Shown: positions 41,350-54,986 of the stretch, one piece after another
Layout: every line of letters starts with the position of its first letter
Numbering within the stretch: the stretch's first letter is position 1
Source of the DNA: Eledone cirrhosa
Lineage: Eukaryota
Length of the DNA stretch: 64,000 nt
Assembly: GCA_964016885.1 (NCBI GenBank)
Contig: OZ024746.1
Coordinates: forward strand, 24,490,001 to 24,554,000
Direction of reading: 5' to 3'
Notes under the pieces: generated by a model
Told to the model about the DNA's origin: nothing
Seen by the model: the letters and a program-made list of their open reading frames with translations, nothing else
The model's database searches: none
Made by a program: the position numbers and the translations under genes

Positions 41350-41548
41350 GAAAGGCTTCTACAGGAATAGAACCGTTTAATTCGGGAGAAATCATCATAA
41401 ATATATATATATATGTATGTATATACAATATATATAATGTATTTCTAGTGCTCCAAATTTATTTTCCCGGCCTTGCCTTGATCTATAGATTGATAGAAGT
41501 AATATATATATATATATATATGTGTGTGTGTTGTTATTTATGTTTACC

Positions 41549-41591
<43 letters not shown>

Positions 41592-41654
41592 AAGGATCGA
41601 TCGACTTTCGTCAAATCGGACCGAGGAAACAATGTTTCCGTCGGTCTTTCCAGT

Positions 41655-41810
41655 TGCTAATACTATCTATCGGTCGCAACTCCAGGTAGAAGGAACAACG
41701 TGAAATAAAGTGTCTTGCTCAAGGACATAACGCATCGCCCGGTCCACGAATCGAACTCACAACCTCAAGATTGTGAATCCAATTCTCTAACCACTCAGCC
41801 ACACGCCTTC
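41655..41810 (-). mobile_element. Second tRNA-derived SINE family (CORE-like centre); other copies about 26020-26102 (-), 44826-45090 (+), 56790-56885 (-)
   Basis: Minus strand GGCGTGTGGCTGAGTGGTTAGAG...GAGTTCGATTC then GTCCTTGAGCAAGACACTTTATTTCAC, which resembles the CORE motif. Confidence 0.7.
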
Positions 41811-41840
41811 ACTATATATATATATATATGTATATATTAT

Positions 41841-41877
<37 letters not shown>

Positions 41878-41900
41878 GTTGTTATTTATGTTTACCTTTT

Positions 41901-41936
<36 letters not shown>

Positions 41937-41940
<4 letters not shown>

Positions 41941-42345
41941 TGTTATACTTGGGGAGGGTCATATTTGCGTAATATTGCCAGAATTAATAACAGAACACAC
42001 TCACTGTTTGGTTGGTTTTCGCTTCTCGCTGTCTTTTATATCTGCGATCTAACTTACTCGGTCCTCAATGTTGCCATTGACTGACCGACGGTCAAAAATA
42101 ATACAGATACAATATAGACACAAACACATATATATAGTTTACATAATTTACATAAATCTTTCGTTGCACATCTGCAACATCGTCAGTGGTGTTATATTTT
42201 TTTTTCTCTTTTCTTTTTTTTTTTTTTTCTTCTTGAGTGTGTTCTGTTATTAATTATGGCAATATTACGCAAATATGACCCTCCCCAAGTATAATAATAT
42301 CTGTTTCGACACACGATTTCATATAAAAAACCTCGCTAAACTATA
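41937..42345. mobile_element. Second copy of the 36503-37064 family with a shorter inverted arm
   Basis: 41937-42194 matches 36503-36747 extended; 42235-42345 is an inverted copy. Confidence 0.8.
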
Positions 42346-42367
42346 TATATATATATATATATATTAT

Positions 42368-42403
<36 letters not shown>

Positions 42404-42406
42404 ATA

Positions 42407-42470
<64 letters not shown>

Positions 42471-42551
42471 GGTAAACATAAATAATAACACAATCGGTAC
42501 AGTTTATGGAAGGTATATATTAGGTTAACGCTTGATATAGCAGGAAGAGGG

Positions 42552-42587
42552 TCTTAACGTTTCGGACGCTAGTCCTTCATCAGAAGA
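42552..42587 (-). ncRNA. Minimal PLE-type hammerhead variant
   Basis: Minus strand UCUU CUGAUGA A GGAC UAGC GUCC GAAA CG UU AAGA; palindromic ACGU stem III; extra A after the core; degenerate relative at about 58226-58259. Confidence 0.7.
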
Positions 42588-42821
42588 AAGAATGAGAAAT
42601 AAAATAAATTGAGGGGACGGGCGGGATGGAATTGGAAAAAATGTCTTTAGATAAAAATAGCAGGTCCATTCATGTTGACATCTCTTGCAAAACTGTTGGT
42701 GCTGGCGTTTTGTGTATGATTTGTATTTTAGAAAAGTAGATGATGGAGCGCGTCTACCTGAAATGGAAAAAAAAAACATTTTGTGAAAAGACCTATACTT
42801 GAGCACGTGCGTAAGCATTTG

Positions 42822-42902
<81 letters not shown>

Positions 42903-44579
42903 ATAGGTCCGTACGAAGCTAAGAAGAAATGTGTGTGTATATGTGAGTAAAATAGTGTGTGTGCATGTAAGTACGAAGCTATGAGCAAAAGTATGTTAAT
43001 ATAAGGGTGTGTATCGGCATATATATATAATAGTAGACGATTCACGTAAGAAATTAATAGTTTTGGAAAATAGGGTCTATTTATTCAAATAAGTAAGTTT
43101 TTGTTTAATAGAAGCAAATAATTTTCACGCTAATTTCTTCGACATTAACTTCATAAATAGACCACATTTTTCATTTTGTTTTCATTTCTGTCAATGTACG
43201 TCAACGTTTGTATTTATAAAAATAGATAATGAAGGACTTCAGTCGCCAAATACATTTCTAAAATGCCAATTTTCCAATTAAAGGAAAATAATGCTTTATG
43301 TCTTATCATGATGTAAAAATGTAATCGCTTATCATAAAATTCTTAATGTTGTCGTGTCTTGAAATTTCACGAGTGTAGATTTTTATCTATATACACCCCA
43401 GTGTGTATCTTTTACATCAATAGTTCGTTGAATGAAATAAGTTTTGTTATTTCATGATTTGCAAAATTAGCTTTACCTAAAAGAATATGTTTTGGTTTTG
43501 TTTCCCCCCCCCCCCCCATTCGTCAAAACACCGAGCTTTGATACATTTACCGCCATAGACGATAAACTTCACGGTTTAATGTGGTCGCTCAACCTAGTAG
43601 AAATAGCAACCAAATATCTCTGAAATGACATACCTGAATAAGCAACCAAATATTAAATAACGTAGTCCTATATACACTTAAAATGATTAAATGGTTATGG
43701 CTAGAATACTAATAGGCCCTTTATCTAGTCAACTAGAGGACTATACCCAACCATTGAGAGACCTCTTATCTAACCAACGAGGGACCAGTAGCCTAATACA
43801 CGAGGAGACTTCCCACTAACCAGTGAGAGGTCATATATCCAGTCAACGAGAGAACCTTTACATGGATGTTCGTCCTTCTTGATATAGTAGCGAAATCACC
43901 CTCAAATCAATCTTACCGTATTTAAAAAGAAGTACATATTGGATAGTATAGTGCTAGATAACGAAGTATTAAATGATGTAGTATTAAATGTCCCTGTACG
44001 AGAGTCCTGAAAAGAGATATGGCCTGTCCTTTCCTCTCTAGCTAAATATTTGGAAAAACAACAACAACAAAAACAACAATGACGAACATGGCAGACAAAA
44101 CTCGTCATCATCTGACATTCCGCGACCTGAAGCTAAAAATATTGACGCTGATGTCATCTCAATAGCTTGGCGCAATTTGGTTTACCAAACCCACTAATTG
44201 TCTTTCAGTGAGACAAGGTGGAGGAGAGACGGTGAGTTAAATTAGCCGTGACTATCGCTTTTTACCTTCGTAAAGGAGCCCCATATAAGCTGGGACACAA
44301 TAGAGAGCAGACTTCAAGATAACGTCAAAGCCTGACTTTGAAATCTATTCTGACATTGTCGCTACACCACCATCAGCCTCCCACACCAGCACCACAAGTG
44401 CGTGTGTGTTTACACGTGTGTGTATGTGTCTGTATGTATGTGCGTGCGAGTATTTGTGTATGAGACTGTGCGTATCGGGTGTGGTGTTGTTGTTTATCTT
44501 TTAGTGTATTTATCATACAAACTCATAAACACATACACATATATATATATGTACACACACACATATATACATATGTATA

Positions 44580-44752
<173 letters not shown>

Positions 44753-45177
44753 ACACTCATTTATATATAGAGAGAGAGGGGAAGGGCAGTATATCTTTTA
44801 TTGAAAGTAGTTGTTTACTTGTGTGCGTGTGTGAGGGGTAAGGGTGCTGATCTCACGATCGTAAGAACGTGAGTTCGATTCTCGGACCGAGGGGCACGAT
44901 GTGTCTTTGCTCAGGTAATACTAATTTACATTGCTTCAATCCACTTATCTGGCAAAAATATGTTTTAACTCAATGTGCCATGTCACACATTCTGTATCGT
45001 TGATTTTTCTCTGAGAACTACCTTAAGGATACACGAGTTTATGGAATGCTCAGTCACTTATGAGCAGTTCTGTTGATTGAAACAACGGATGTACAATATA
45101 TATACATGTGTGTGTCTGTGTGTGTGTGGGGGGGGTATGTGTGTGTGTGTGTGGGTGTGTGTGTGGTGTGTGTGTGT

Positions 45178-45211
<34 letters not shown>

Positions 45212-45503
45212 TTAGATATGTGACAACAGTTACAGGCGAAGCGCCGTTCTAAATACTCAATGCTGTTACGATGTCCGTTTCGTTTGGGTTGTATTCCAGA
45301 GTCGCGGCTGTAGTGTGCAGATTCTAAATAAATACTAAAAAATCGAAGTCAGTGTTTCAGTATATGTACAAACTTTATTTGCATATTACAATCGTTTCGT
45401 TGTCGATCAGCTCAGGGTACAATCAAGGTATCTTTTTCGACATCACGTCAGATATGCGAGCCTATATGTGCAAAGACACATCTTAGCCCCCCCACCCCCT
45501 CCC

Positions 45504-45615
<112 letters not shown>

Positions 45616-46412
45616 ACGAGGTGTCAAATTATTTTCATTAAGTATATTCGAACTGCTCACAGAACACATGAAAAAAAACAATTTTTAAAAATATTTAACA
45701 TCTAATATTTCATAAAGTTGTTATACTAATCAAAACCGGTTATATTCAATGCAGCAATTATAGAATTATTCATTCTGCCGTGAATATGTGTATATATGTG
45801 TGTATATGTGTGTGTATATATGTGTGTATATATGTTTGTATATATGTGTGTGAATGTATGTGTTCACGCTTACTGTTTTATTCCGTAATTTCGGCAGTTA
45901 TAGGCCGATAAAAAATTAAAATGATAAAAAAAACTGAAGTACGGTAAATTCAGCTTAATTATTTGAAGGTTGTGCCCCGAAACCAGTAAAAGAATATATT
46001 ATTAGACTCCCTTTTTATTTTCTCCCGTTCAATGTCCCTTCCTTTCATCACCGCTATCTACCTACCTCCATCTCTACCTACCTACCCACCTACCTACCTA
46101 CCTCTTTTGCACTCAACCAGGTGTGATTTTGTCGCAACCCTATTTTTATTTATAGATCGATTCTTGCAGAGATCACTGTCGCCAGGGCTGCTAAACAGGA
46201 CAAAATGGGTTCCACTCTGATTAACAGCTATTGAGAAGCTGAAGAACCTCGGGTCACATGATAGTTGGCACAGAAGAAACAAAGTATCAGGTAGCTAGAT
46301 GGCGCTGCTGTGACAAAAGATGGTGAAGATTAGCGTAGTAATGACAACAACAATAACAAGAACAACACCACCAATAACAACAGTAATAATAATTGCTTCT
46401 ATTTTTGACACA

Positions 46413-46811
46413 TAATTGTTTCTACTTTTGACACAAGGCCAGTAATTTGAAGAGAAGGGGAAAGTCTATTAAATCGACCCAAGTGCATTACTGGTACTTT
46501 ATTTTATCGACCCCGTAAGGATGAAAGGCAAAGCTAACCTTGGCGGGATTTGAACTCTAAACATAATGGGGAGAACTAAAATACTACTACTACTACTACT
46601 AATAATAATAATAATAATAATAATTGTTTCTACTTTAGGCACAAGGCCAGCAATTATCCCAGTGCATTACTGGTACTTTATCTTATCGACCCCGTAAGGA
46701 TGAAAGGCAAAGTCAACCTCGGCGGGATTTGAACTCAGATCGTAAAGGGACGTAACTATGCTGGAAAGCATGGTGTCCGACCCTCCACCGATACTGCCAA
46801 TCCACCGCCCT
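46413..46811 (-). mobile_element. Two adjacent SINE copies
   Basis: About 46413-46580 (older, truncated) and 46622-46811 (full length) in (AAT)n context. Confidence 0.85.
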
Positions 46812-46813
46812 TT

Positions 46814-46853
<40 letters not shown>

Positions 46854-46871
46854 GATGATGGTGGTGGAGAC

Positions 46872-47630
46872 GATTTCTTTTATTGACCACAGGGGTGCAC
46901 AACGTTGGAATATAACAACTACACAAAGTGGGGTTTACATTTAGTAAAAAGAAAAGCAGTTGATTTAACAACGATAATAATAATGATTTCTTTATTAGCT
47001 ACACAGGGTTCACATTAACAAAACATTAAGGGCGGCACAGGATGGTACAGGACTGTGTAGTTTGTGTCTTTTTTGTTGGGTTTGCGTTTATCGTTGTAGC
47101 TGTTGTTGTTTCGGATGCTGGTTGGATTGTGTTGGAGATGTAACTGTTGGTGCATTTGGTGTCTGTTGTGGTGTTGATGGTGTTCGTGGAGGAGACGATG
47201 ATGGTGGCATTTGTGTGGTTGTTAGCTTTAGCTTTTTTTCCCTTCATTTTCGCCCTCTTTTTTAAGGGCCAAGATAGAGAGTTTCTCTTTTTTCTTTTTG
47301 TTCTTGTGACAACAGCTTGCCATTCCTTACCCTTGTCACAATCCATGTCCAGCTGTGACGTCGGGGGCGGGCCTGATTCCACGGGAGTTGGTGTTGTTGG
47401 TGGTGGTGGTGGTGGTGGTAGTGCTTCTGTTGCTGCTTTTGTAGCTGCTGGTGTAGAATGTAGGATGTGCGGAGAAAGCGGGAAAACTGTGGTGACATAT
47501 CACCAGTCAGTGCACAAAGCTGGCACAGGAAGAATACAAGCGAAACCATGATAATATAACAAAACCCATTCATTGGCAGTTATGTGGAAAATACGACCCC
47601 GAAAGAGCAAGCCAGTGGCATGAGCACAAA
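46872..47630 (-). mobile_element. Degenerate L1/Tx1-like remnants (two 3' tails plus possible ORF1 fragment)
   Basis: gatttctttatt.gcca/ct-type tails at about 46872 and 46985 match the tail at 39025-39046; the minus-strand basic, Thr-rich ORF is weak support. Confidence 0.4.
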
Positions 47631-48459
47631 CCAGAAAGTGTTATAGAAAATGACCACGTCAAGATTCTATGAGACTTTATGGTCCAATGTGACCATGAAA
47701 TTGAACACTGTAAACCATATATTGTGGTGATCAATGTTTGAGTCTAGATGTGGCTTGTCCCACTGAAAATAAGGTTTGTGACAAAGAATTGAAGAAGGTT
47801 GAGAGATATGAGCTATTAGCATGGGAGATAAAATATTTGTGGGCAATGAAAAATGTTGACTTGATCTCAGTTGTCGAGTAGCTTCGTACTGTGAGCACCA
47901 GAATTGAAAGCTATTAGCCCCTACAGAAAACAACACTTCTTGGAACTGCTCATCTCTCTTTCTTTTATTATCCATATTGTGTCCAACACCCGCCAGGCCC
48001 TACTCTATTCCTTACACGCAGTGCTTTCTTCCCAGAACATACTCCCCTTTAGAATTCTCTCCATGCGCATGTCTTTGCTGCAGGAGTCGACTTGCAACAG
48101 TTTAAACTGAACACATCAAGAACATCAATCGCATCGGTCTTGAAAGGCCTGCAAAAATCATGGGATCAGGCCCTTTCTCTAGGCCTAGCGTACGTGTCGG
48201 AAAGGGCCTGAAAACATCAACGGGTCTGTACCTTCTCCTCCTTCTCTCCCGGCCCCTCCTACACGACTAACCCTATTGTATAAACAAAAACAAACAACAG
48301 ATCGAAGGATTTTAAGTGCAATAACTTAAGAGGCGTCTAGTTATAAACAAGATGATGATTAATGGTTGTACATGACAATTGAATATGGAAACAGACGAGT
48401 TAGACATATAAAACACAAACATATATATATATATATATATTTGTATGTATGTATGCATG

Positions 48460-48506
<47 letters not shown>

Positions 48507-48621
48507 AGAGAGAGAGAGATACATGTATGCATATATATGTATGTATATATGTAATATATATATATGTATATATATACATATATAATGTGTGTGTGTGTGT
48601 GTATATCTATCTATCTATCTA

Positions 48622-48670
<49 letters not shown>

Positions 48671-49218
48671 GAAGGGTAAATTGTAAGATAACGTGTTATA
48701 TGGCACTTTCGAAGTTATCGTTGGAACAAAGATGGTTGCCAGAGATATGAAATGAAAATAACAACAATAACAATAATAATAGTAATAACAATAGTAATAA
48801 TTACAATTGTAAAAATAGTAATAATAGCGTTCCATTGAAAGAGAAACAAAAGATGTCGTGCCGTAGTGTGGGTCTTGAAATGGTGAGGTGGTGAGGGGGG
48901 GGGGAGAAAATGGATTGATTCTGGAAGAAAGAAATCATTGGTGCATGGAAATAAATCAACCAAACTATGGGCTAGGTAAAAGTTAGGTACAAAACGAATA
49001 GAAATCGGTAATAAAACACTAAATACGTACGCCATCTGGGTATTTTGTGTTTTGTTTTGGTTTTATTAATTTTGGATGAGAAAAAAAAGCCAATAAATAA
49101 CAAGTTTGTTGGCAATAATCTTTGACTGAAATTTAGTTTTTCGTGAATAGTAGTTATTTACATAGGCCCAAAGCAGCAGGGTTTTCTTTTTTCTTTTTGC
49201 TTTTTTGCTTTTTTTCTT

Positions 49219-49278
<60 letters not shown>

Positions 49279-49454
49279 TGAGTCATCACCGAAGGGGAAA
49301 TATAGCACAAAGTTCTTGTTCCAGACTCCCCGATCTCTCATTGCAACAAGAAGACCCCCCCCCCCCCCGTTCAGTGAAGCCAGTGTCCCTCGCCAACAGA
49401 ATCCTGATGGTTATGTTTGAACGTCCTACTCAGTGCTTTGTAAATATAGTGACC

Positions 49455-49620
49455 AGAGAAGCAGTCTGGAAAGCTCTCATCCCAAGATCTTCCGCTGAAA
49501 CCATATTACTTTATAATTCAGAATCCTGGACTCTCATTGTCACTCGCTAAAGGAGACTTGATGGTTCCTACACCCAGATCTTACATGTGGTGTTCAACAT
49601 ATCGTGGCAAAGTCACGCTA
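49455..49620 (+). pseudogene. Degenerate RTE LINE fragment
   Basis: AETILLYNSESWTL...RRLDGSYTQILHVVFNISWQSH, homologous to 159-479. Confidence 0.7.
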
Positions 49621-49846
49621 CGAGCTACATCGAAAGTTCGATCCCGTCGACAGACCTCATATCCTAATTGTTAGTTAATCACTCGACTATGTACAAGGTG
49701 AAGACATAGGGAGCCAACGCCTAGTCATAAAACTTTGTTGTCATTTGTCACAGCTCTAAGATGGCAGTTAATCAGTGTTAGGTGTGTATGTGTGTCTATG
49801 ACTCTGTGTGTATGTGTGTATGTGTACGTATTTGTGTGTATGTATG

Positions 49847-49906
<60 letters not shown>

Positions 49907-50221
49907 TGTATGTGTGTGTGTGTGTGTGTGTGTGTCTATGTTTGTGTGTTTGTGTGTGTTTGTGTGTTTATCTTCTCACGTCTGCTGGACATTAATCATT
50001 TAAATCAGACGAATCAGTTCTTTGGGTGAAATAGATATGATTTCCTTGTGTGTACGTGTGTGTACGTGTGTGTACGTGTGTGTACGTGTGTGTACGTGTG
50101 TGTGGTGGGGTATTGGGTTATGTGGGGTGTGGTTATTGAGTGGGAGAAAAGAAAATGGAAAGTATGAGAAACTCAAGGGGAAAGTCAGGCAGACACACAC
50201 ACACACACGCATAGTCACACC

Positions 50222-50319
<98 letters not shown>

Positions 50320-50579
50320 CGTGTGTATGTATATATGTATGTAGGGTTACTCCTGGATATAAAGTAGTGGCCGTACTCGAAAACGAGGTGGCAGTCATCA
50401 TGTATGTATGTATGTATGTATATATAAATATATATATATATTTATTTATATATTCATACATATATATACATATACATATATACTATATGATGGCTGCCCC
50501 CTCGTTATCGAGTATGGCCATTGCACGATATATCATTATTAATAATAATTAATTAATTCTATCGTGCAATGCCTGCGCG

Positions 50580-51100
50580 TGAAGATATTTTTAAAGTGAG
50601 GAAAGACTGTGCACTGAGCCAATCCCATTCTCTGAGCAACTGTAGCTATAACCCGAAAAGAAGAAAATATCAAGATCATCGGTAACTACTGAGCCGCAGG
50701 TTTTATATCGGAGTTATCCCAGTTTCCTGAGTTGCCTTCTCCTAGAAGAATGCCCTGACAAAGGCTAGGGTCCTTCACTCCCAGTGGCTTAACCGCGCGA
50801 TCGGCTATTTCTATGTCCTCGCGCATATATATACACATGCACCCATGCATATATACATACACATACATATGTACATGTGTATATATATATTTACACACTT
50901 TTGGATGGCCGTTGACTCTTATGCCGTTGACTCTTCCGCCCTTTGTCAGGTTTTGTTTTTTGTCCTGCAGGGTGTCCAAAATCACCCTCCTCACCAAGTA
51001 AACTTGGTGGGGTTGCCGGGTTAGTCGCCGACATCCCGACCATGCGACAGGTTGTACTGGGTTAAATGTTACCAGTAGCACTCAAGAGTGACCCGACATA
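50580..51100 (-). mobile_element. Probable 5' leader of an RTE-like LINE interrupted by a microsatellite
   Basis: Motifs shared with 34595-34950; ttgccttctcctag motif. Confidence 0.45.
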
Positions 51101-51131
51101 ATATACATACATACATATAGGTACATATATA

Positions 51132-51183
<52 letters not shown>

Positions 51184-51224
51184 TATACAAATATAATACA
51201 TACAAACATACATACATATATACA

Positions 51225-51600
51225 TTGGGACCACACATTGAAAACGTGTTCTGTTGTGAAGATCAGCTGCCCACTTGATGTAAACGTTGTCAGAAAAATA
51301 CAGGAGAAGGAGGACATCTACGGACCATTGATGAGGAGTTTGCAAATCCAGTATCCAAGATACTCCTTTAGCTTCATACCCATCATTATTGGAGCTACGG
51401 GTTATACACCAACCCGTTTGGACCAAAGTATGACTGAACTTGGATTTGCGGACAAAGAGCGCAGCTCCCTAATTCATAGTCTACAAATGGCTGCGATAGC
51501 TGGCACCTTCAAAATTTGCAAAACATTCTTGCGATTCAAGGGATGACAATTTCTTTTCTTTTACAACCGTGCCACCAGGAAGGTGACCGGTCAAAAAAAT
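51225..51600 (+). pseudogene. 3' end of an RLE-type (R2/R4/NeSL-group) non-LTR retrotransposon
   Basis: WDHTLKTCSVVKISCPLDVNVVRKIQEKEDIYGPL...IPIIIGATG matches the restriction-like endonuclease C-terminus pattern. Confidence 0.75.
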
Positions 51601-51760
51601 ATACTCGAAATTAAGAGAAAGAGATAACAGATAGATACATATATATATATGTCTCTGTGTGTATTTGTGCAGGCGTGTCAGAAAGAAAGACGGTGTAGGT
51701 GAGAAAGAGAGAGAGATAGACAGAGAGACAGAGAGAGAGAGAGTGAGAGAGTGAGAGAGT

Positions 51761-51826
<66 letters not shown>

Positions 51827-52039
51827 CAGACAGAAATCAAACAGAGGTGCAGTCAAAATACGAACGTGTCGTCTGAAAGAATAAATACAGAAATAACTTT
51901 TCATTTTTTTTTTCCTCACATAACAATAAAAACAACGAAAACAACAAAAACAAACCAAAACAAATCAAAAACAAATAAAAACAATCGTTGCATGATTCAG
52001 AAAAGGAAGTATCGTCTATGTATTATTAGATACTGGTAT

Positions 52040-52503
52040 GGAGGTGGATTGGCAGTATCGGTAGAGCGTCGGACACCATGCTTTGTGATGTATAGTTATG
52101 TACTTTTTTTTTTTTTTTTTTTACTTTTTGATTTCAAATCCCGCCTTGATTAGCATTGCCTTTCGGGGTTGACAATATAAAATACCAGTAATGTACTCAG
52201 GTTGATTTAATCGACTTTTCACTCCCCCGAAAGTGTTGGCCCTGTGTCAAAAGCAGAAACCATTATTGATCATTGGCAGATTAATTAGAGCGTCGATAAT
52301 ACTGCTTTAGCGTATTTATTTCAGCTCTTTACGTTCTAAGTTCAAATCTCGACAGTACCAGTCAACTACTGGGGTTCATACAATCGACCTTCATTTATCC
52401 CCAAATTGCTGGCCTTGTGCCTAAATTTGAAAGAAGGTCGATGGATTGGCAGTGTCAGTAAAGCCTCAGACAACATGCTTAGTGGCATATAGTTACGGCC
52501 CTT
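52040..52503 (+). mobile_element. Cluster of three diverged SINE copies
   Basis: Heads at about 52040, 52274 and 52440. Confidence 0.7.
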
Positions 52504-52908
52504 ACCTTACTGTATTCTATTTTATTTTATTTTATTTTTTATTTTATTTTTTTTTTATTTTTATTTTATTTTTATTTATTTTTTATTTTTATTTTACTTT
52601 ATCAATTTTCCCCCTGTTTTGAATGTTTGCGGTATTCACATTATACTCAGAGAGACAGTAGAGGTGTGTATGTATGTATGTGTGTGTATGTATATGTGTG
52701 TGTATGTGTGCGTATATATATATATATATATATATATTAAATAGATTTGACATACCGTAACAACATCGACTTGTATTTGAAAAACAACGAAAACACTCCA
52801 AATACTTGTCGAGTGCTTTTATATAAGTTATAAATATTTACTAGTTGTAACCCAACAATTTAAATATAACTTTCCATATATATATATATATACGGGTGTC
52901 CATGTATA

Positions 52909-53036
<128 letters not shown>

Positions 53037-53050
53037 TATATAAAATAAAA

Positions 53051-53416
53051 TATGCAGATTGGAGCACTCGACGAAGTCCGTAGGTTGGTTTGGTTACTCC
53101 GGAGTAATGTAAAATAAAATAAAATAAATAAGTCAAATGTTTAAAATTTGGCTTCGTTTATTACTGCTATATATATATTTCGGTGACAGCCATCTTTGGC
53201 TGTGACCTCTCCAGGCAGTCCGAATTAGTGTGGTAGAGACGAGTACACATGTTGTTGAGGTGTTTAAAGCCAAAGATGGCTGTCACCGAAATATATATAG
53301 CAGTAATAAATGAAGCCAAATTTTAAACATTTGACTTATTTATTTTATTTTATTTTACATTACTCCGGAGTAACCAAACCAACCTACGGACTTCGTCGAG
53401 TGCTCCAATCTGCATA
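53051..53416. mobile_element. Inverted pLTR pair (about 150-bp arms) between (TA)n tracts
   Basis: 53051-53201 is the reverse complement of about 53268-53416. Confidence 0.85.
53163..53219 (-). ncRNA. Type I hammerhead with a core substitution (CUGGAGA)
   Basis: Minus strand ACUGC CUGGAGA GGUCACAGCC AAAGAU GGCUGUCACC GAAA UAUAUAUA UA GCAGU; all stems pair, core A6 changed to G, so probably inactive. Confidence 0.7.
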
Positions 53417-53447
53417 CTGGGGTGTTGGTATACAACCAACATATACT

Positions 53448-53500
<53 letters not shown>

Positions 53501-53535
53501 CGTGTGTGTATGTATGGAGATGTATGCATGACTAA

Positions 53536-53583
<48 letters not shown>

Positions 53584-53793
53584 GCATTTATATATGTGTG
53601 CGTATTTGTGTATGTGTAGACATCTGTAATGGTAGATATATGTATATCTGTGGTGGCATAGCAGTAATTTGGTGAACAGCTTTGGGCGATTGACAGGTTA
53701 CGCTTGAATGACTACAGTCAGTGGCTGAATTTGAGTGGTCAAAAGATGGCGGTGAAGTTTGAACTACTGAACCAATGAAAAGGCCGTAATAAC

Positions 53794-53960
53794 TCTTTCT
53801 ACTTTAGGCACAAGGCCAGCAATTACCCAGTGCATTACTGGTACTTTATTTTATCGACCCCGTAAGGATGAAAGGCAAAGTCAACCTCGGCGGGATTTGA
53901 ACTCAGATCGTAAAGGGACGTAACTATACTGGAAAGCATGGTGTCTGACCCTCTACCGAA
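53794..53960 (-). mobile_element. SINE (main family), slightly 5'-truncated
   Basis: Core and tail as above. Confidence 0.85.
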
Positions 53961-54037
53961 ATACAGGATGATATTAGCTGCGGCGGCTGGAACGGATGGA
54001 ATGTTTTGAATCAAATGGAATACTTTGAATCCACAAG

Positions 54038-54107
54038 ACATATCTGAGGAACCCTTCGAATGTAGAGTCGAGTTGAGCTGATCGACGAAGAAACATGTGT
54101 AATATGT
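54038..54107 (+). ncRNA. Candidate type I hammerhead (irregular stem II)
   Basis: ACAUAU CUGAGGA [..GUCGA...UCGAC..] GAAA CAUGUG UA AUAUGU; base of stem II poorly paired. Confidence 0.55.
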
Positions 54108-54233
54108 TAATAAATTGTGGTTTGATGCATTACTGATTCCTCGTTATCTATAATAATATACTCTGCTCTGCGCGAGCATCGAGTGCTCAACCGGCATACC
54201 GACTACGGACGCATTTAATTGCAACCCTACAAC

Positions 54234-54308
<75 letters not shown>

Positions 54309-54678
54309 GGAAAATTTGAACAGGAACAAAACAGAGAGGCAGTACAACGAATGTTTATTAATTTCACGCTCTTGACAGTGGGGTGGTGGTGGGGAACGAC
54401 GTTTCGGGCATAAGCCCTTCTTCGGGGGAAAAGTGTGTGGGAAGAGAGTTCAAAGGGTGTGTAGGGGAGTGGTGGAGAGACATATAGCAAAAAGGGGGGT
54501 GGGAGGAAACGGTGCAAATGAAATTAAAAATAAAAGCATGATCAAAATAAAATTAAAATAGGGTAAAACAAGTGGTGGAAGGGTGTGGGGCGTGTAGGGG
54601 TGGTGGCGGGTGGAGGGAGGAGAGGGAGACGGGGTGTCCGAGCGGGGAGGGCTGAAGGTGGTGTGTGTGTGTAGGTGT

Positions 54679-54727
<49 letters not shown>

Positions 54728-54737
54728 AAAGCAAGGG

Positions 54738-54793
<56 letters not shown>

Positions 54794-54933
54794 GTGTTAA
54801 ACGATATTCAATGATTATGTCGAAGAATGAGTTTTACAGTAGATTGGAAGCACTCTACGAGAAAATAATTTTCCGGAGTTATTAATATTAAAATATAAAT
54901 ATTAATAAAATAGATGTTCTTTTGATCAATTAC

Positions 54934-54986
54934 ATTTTATTATACATATTTCGGATGTACAACAGTACGTCCTCATCAGACAAAAT
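54934..54986 (-). ncRNA. Type I hammerhead ribozyme
   Basis: Minus strand AUUUUGU CUGAUGA GGACGUAC UGUU GUACAUCC GAAA UAUGUA UA AUAAAAU. Confidence 0.82.

Noticed and set aside
44042-44198. Possible host exon after ctttcctctctag
   Set aside because: Short open frame with no recognisable domain or supporting neighbouring exons
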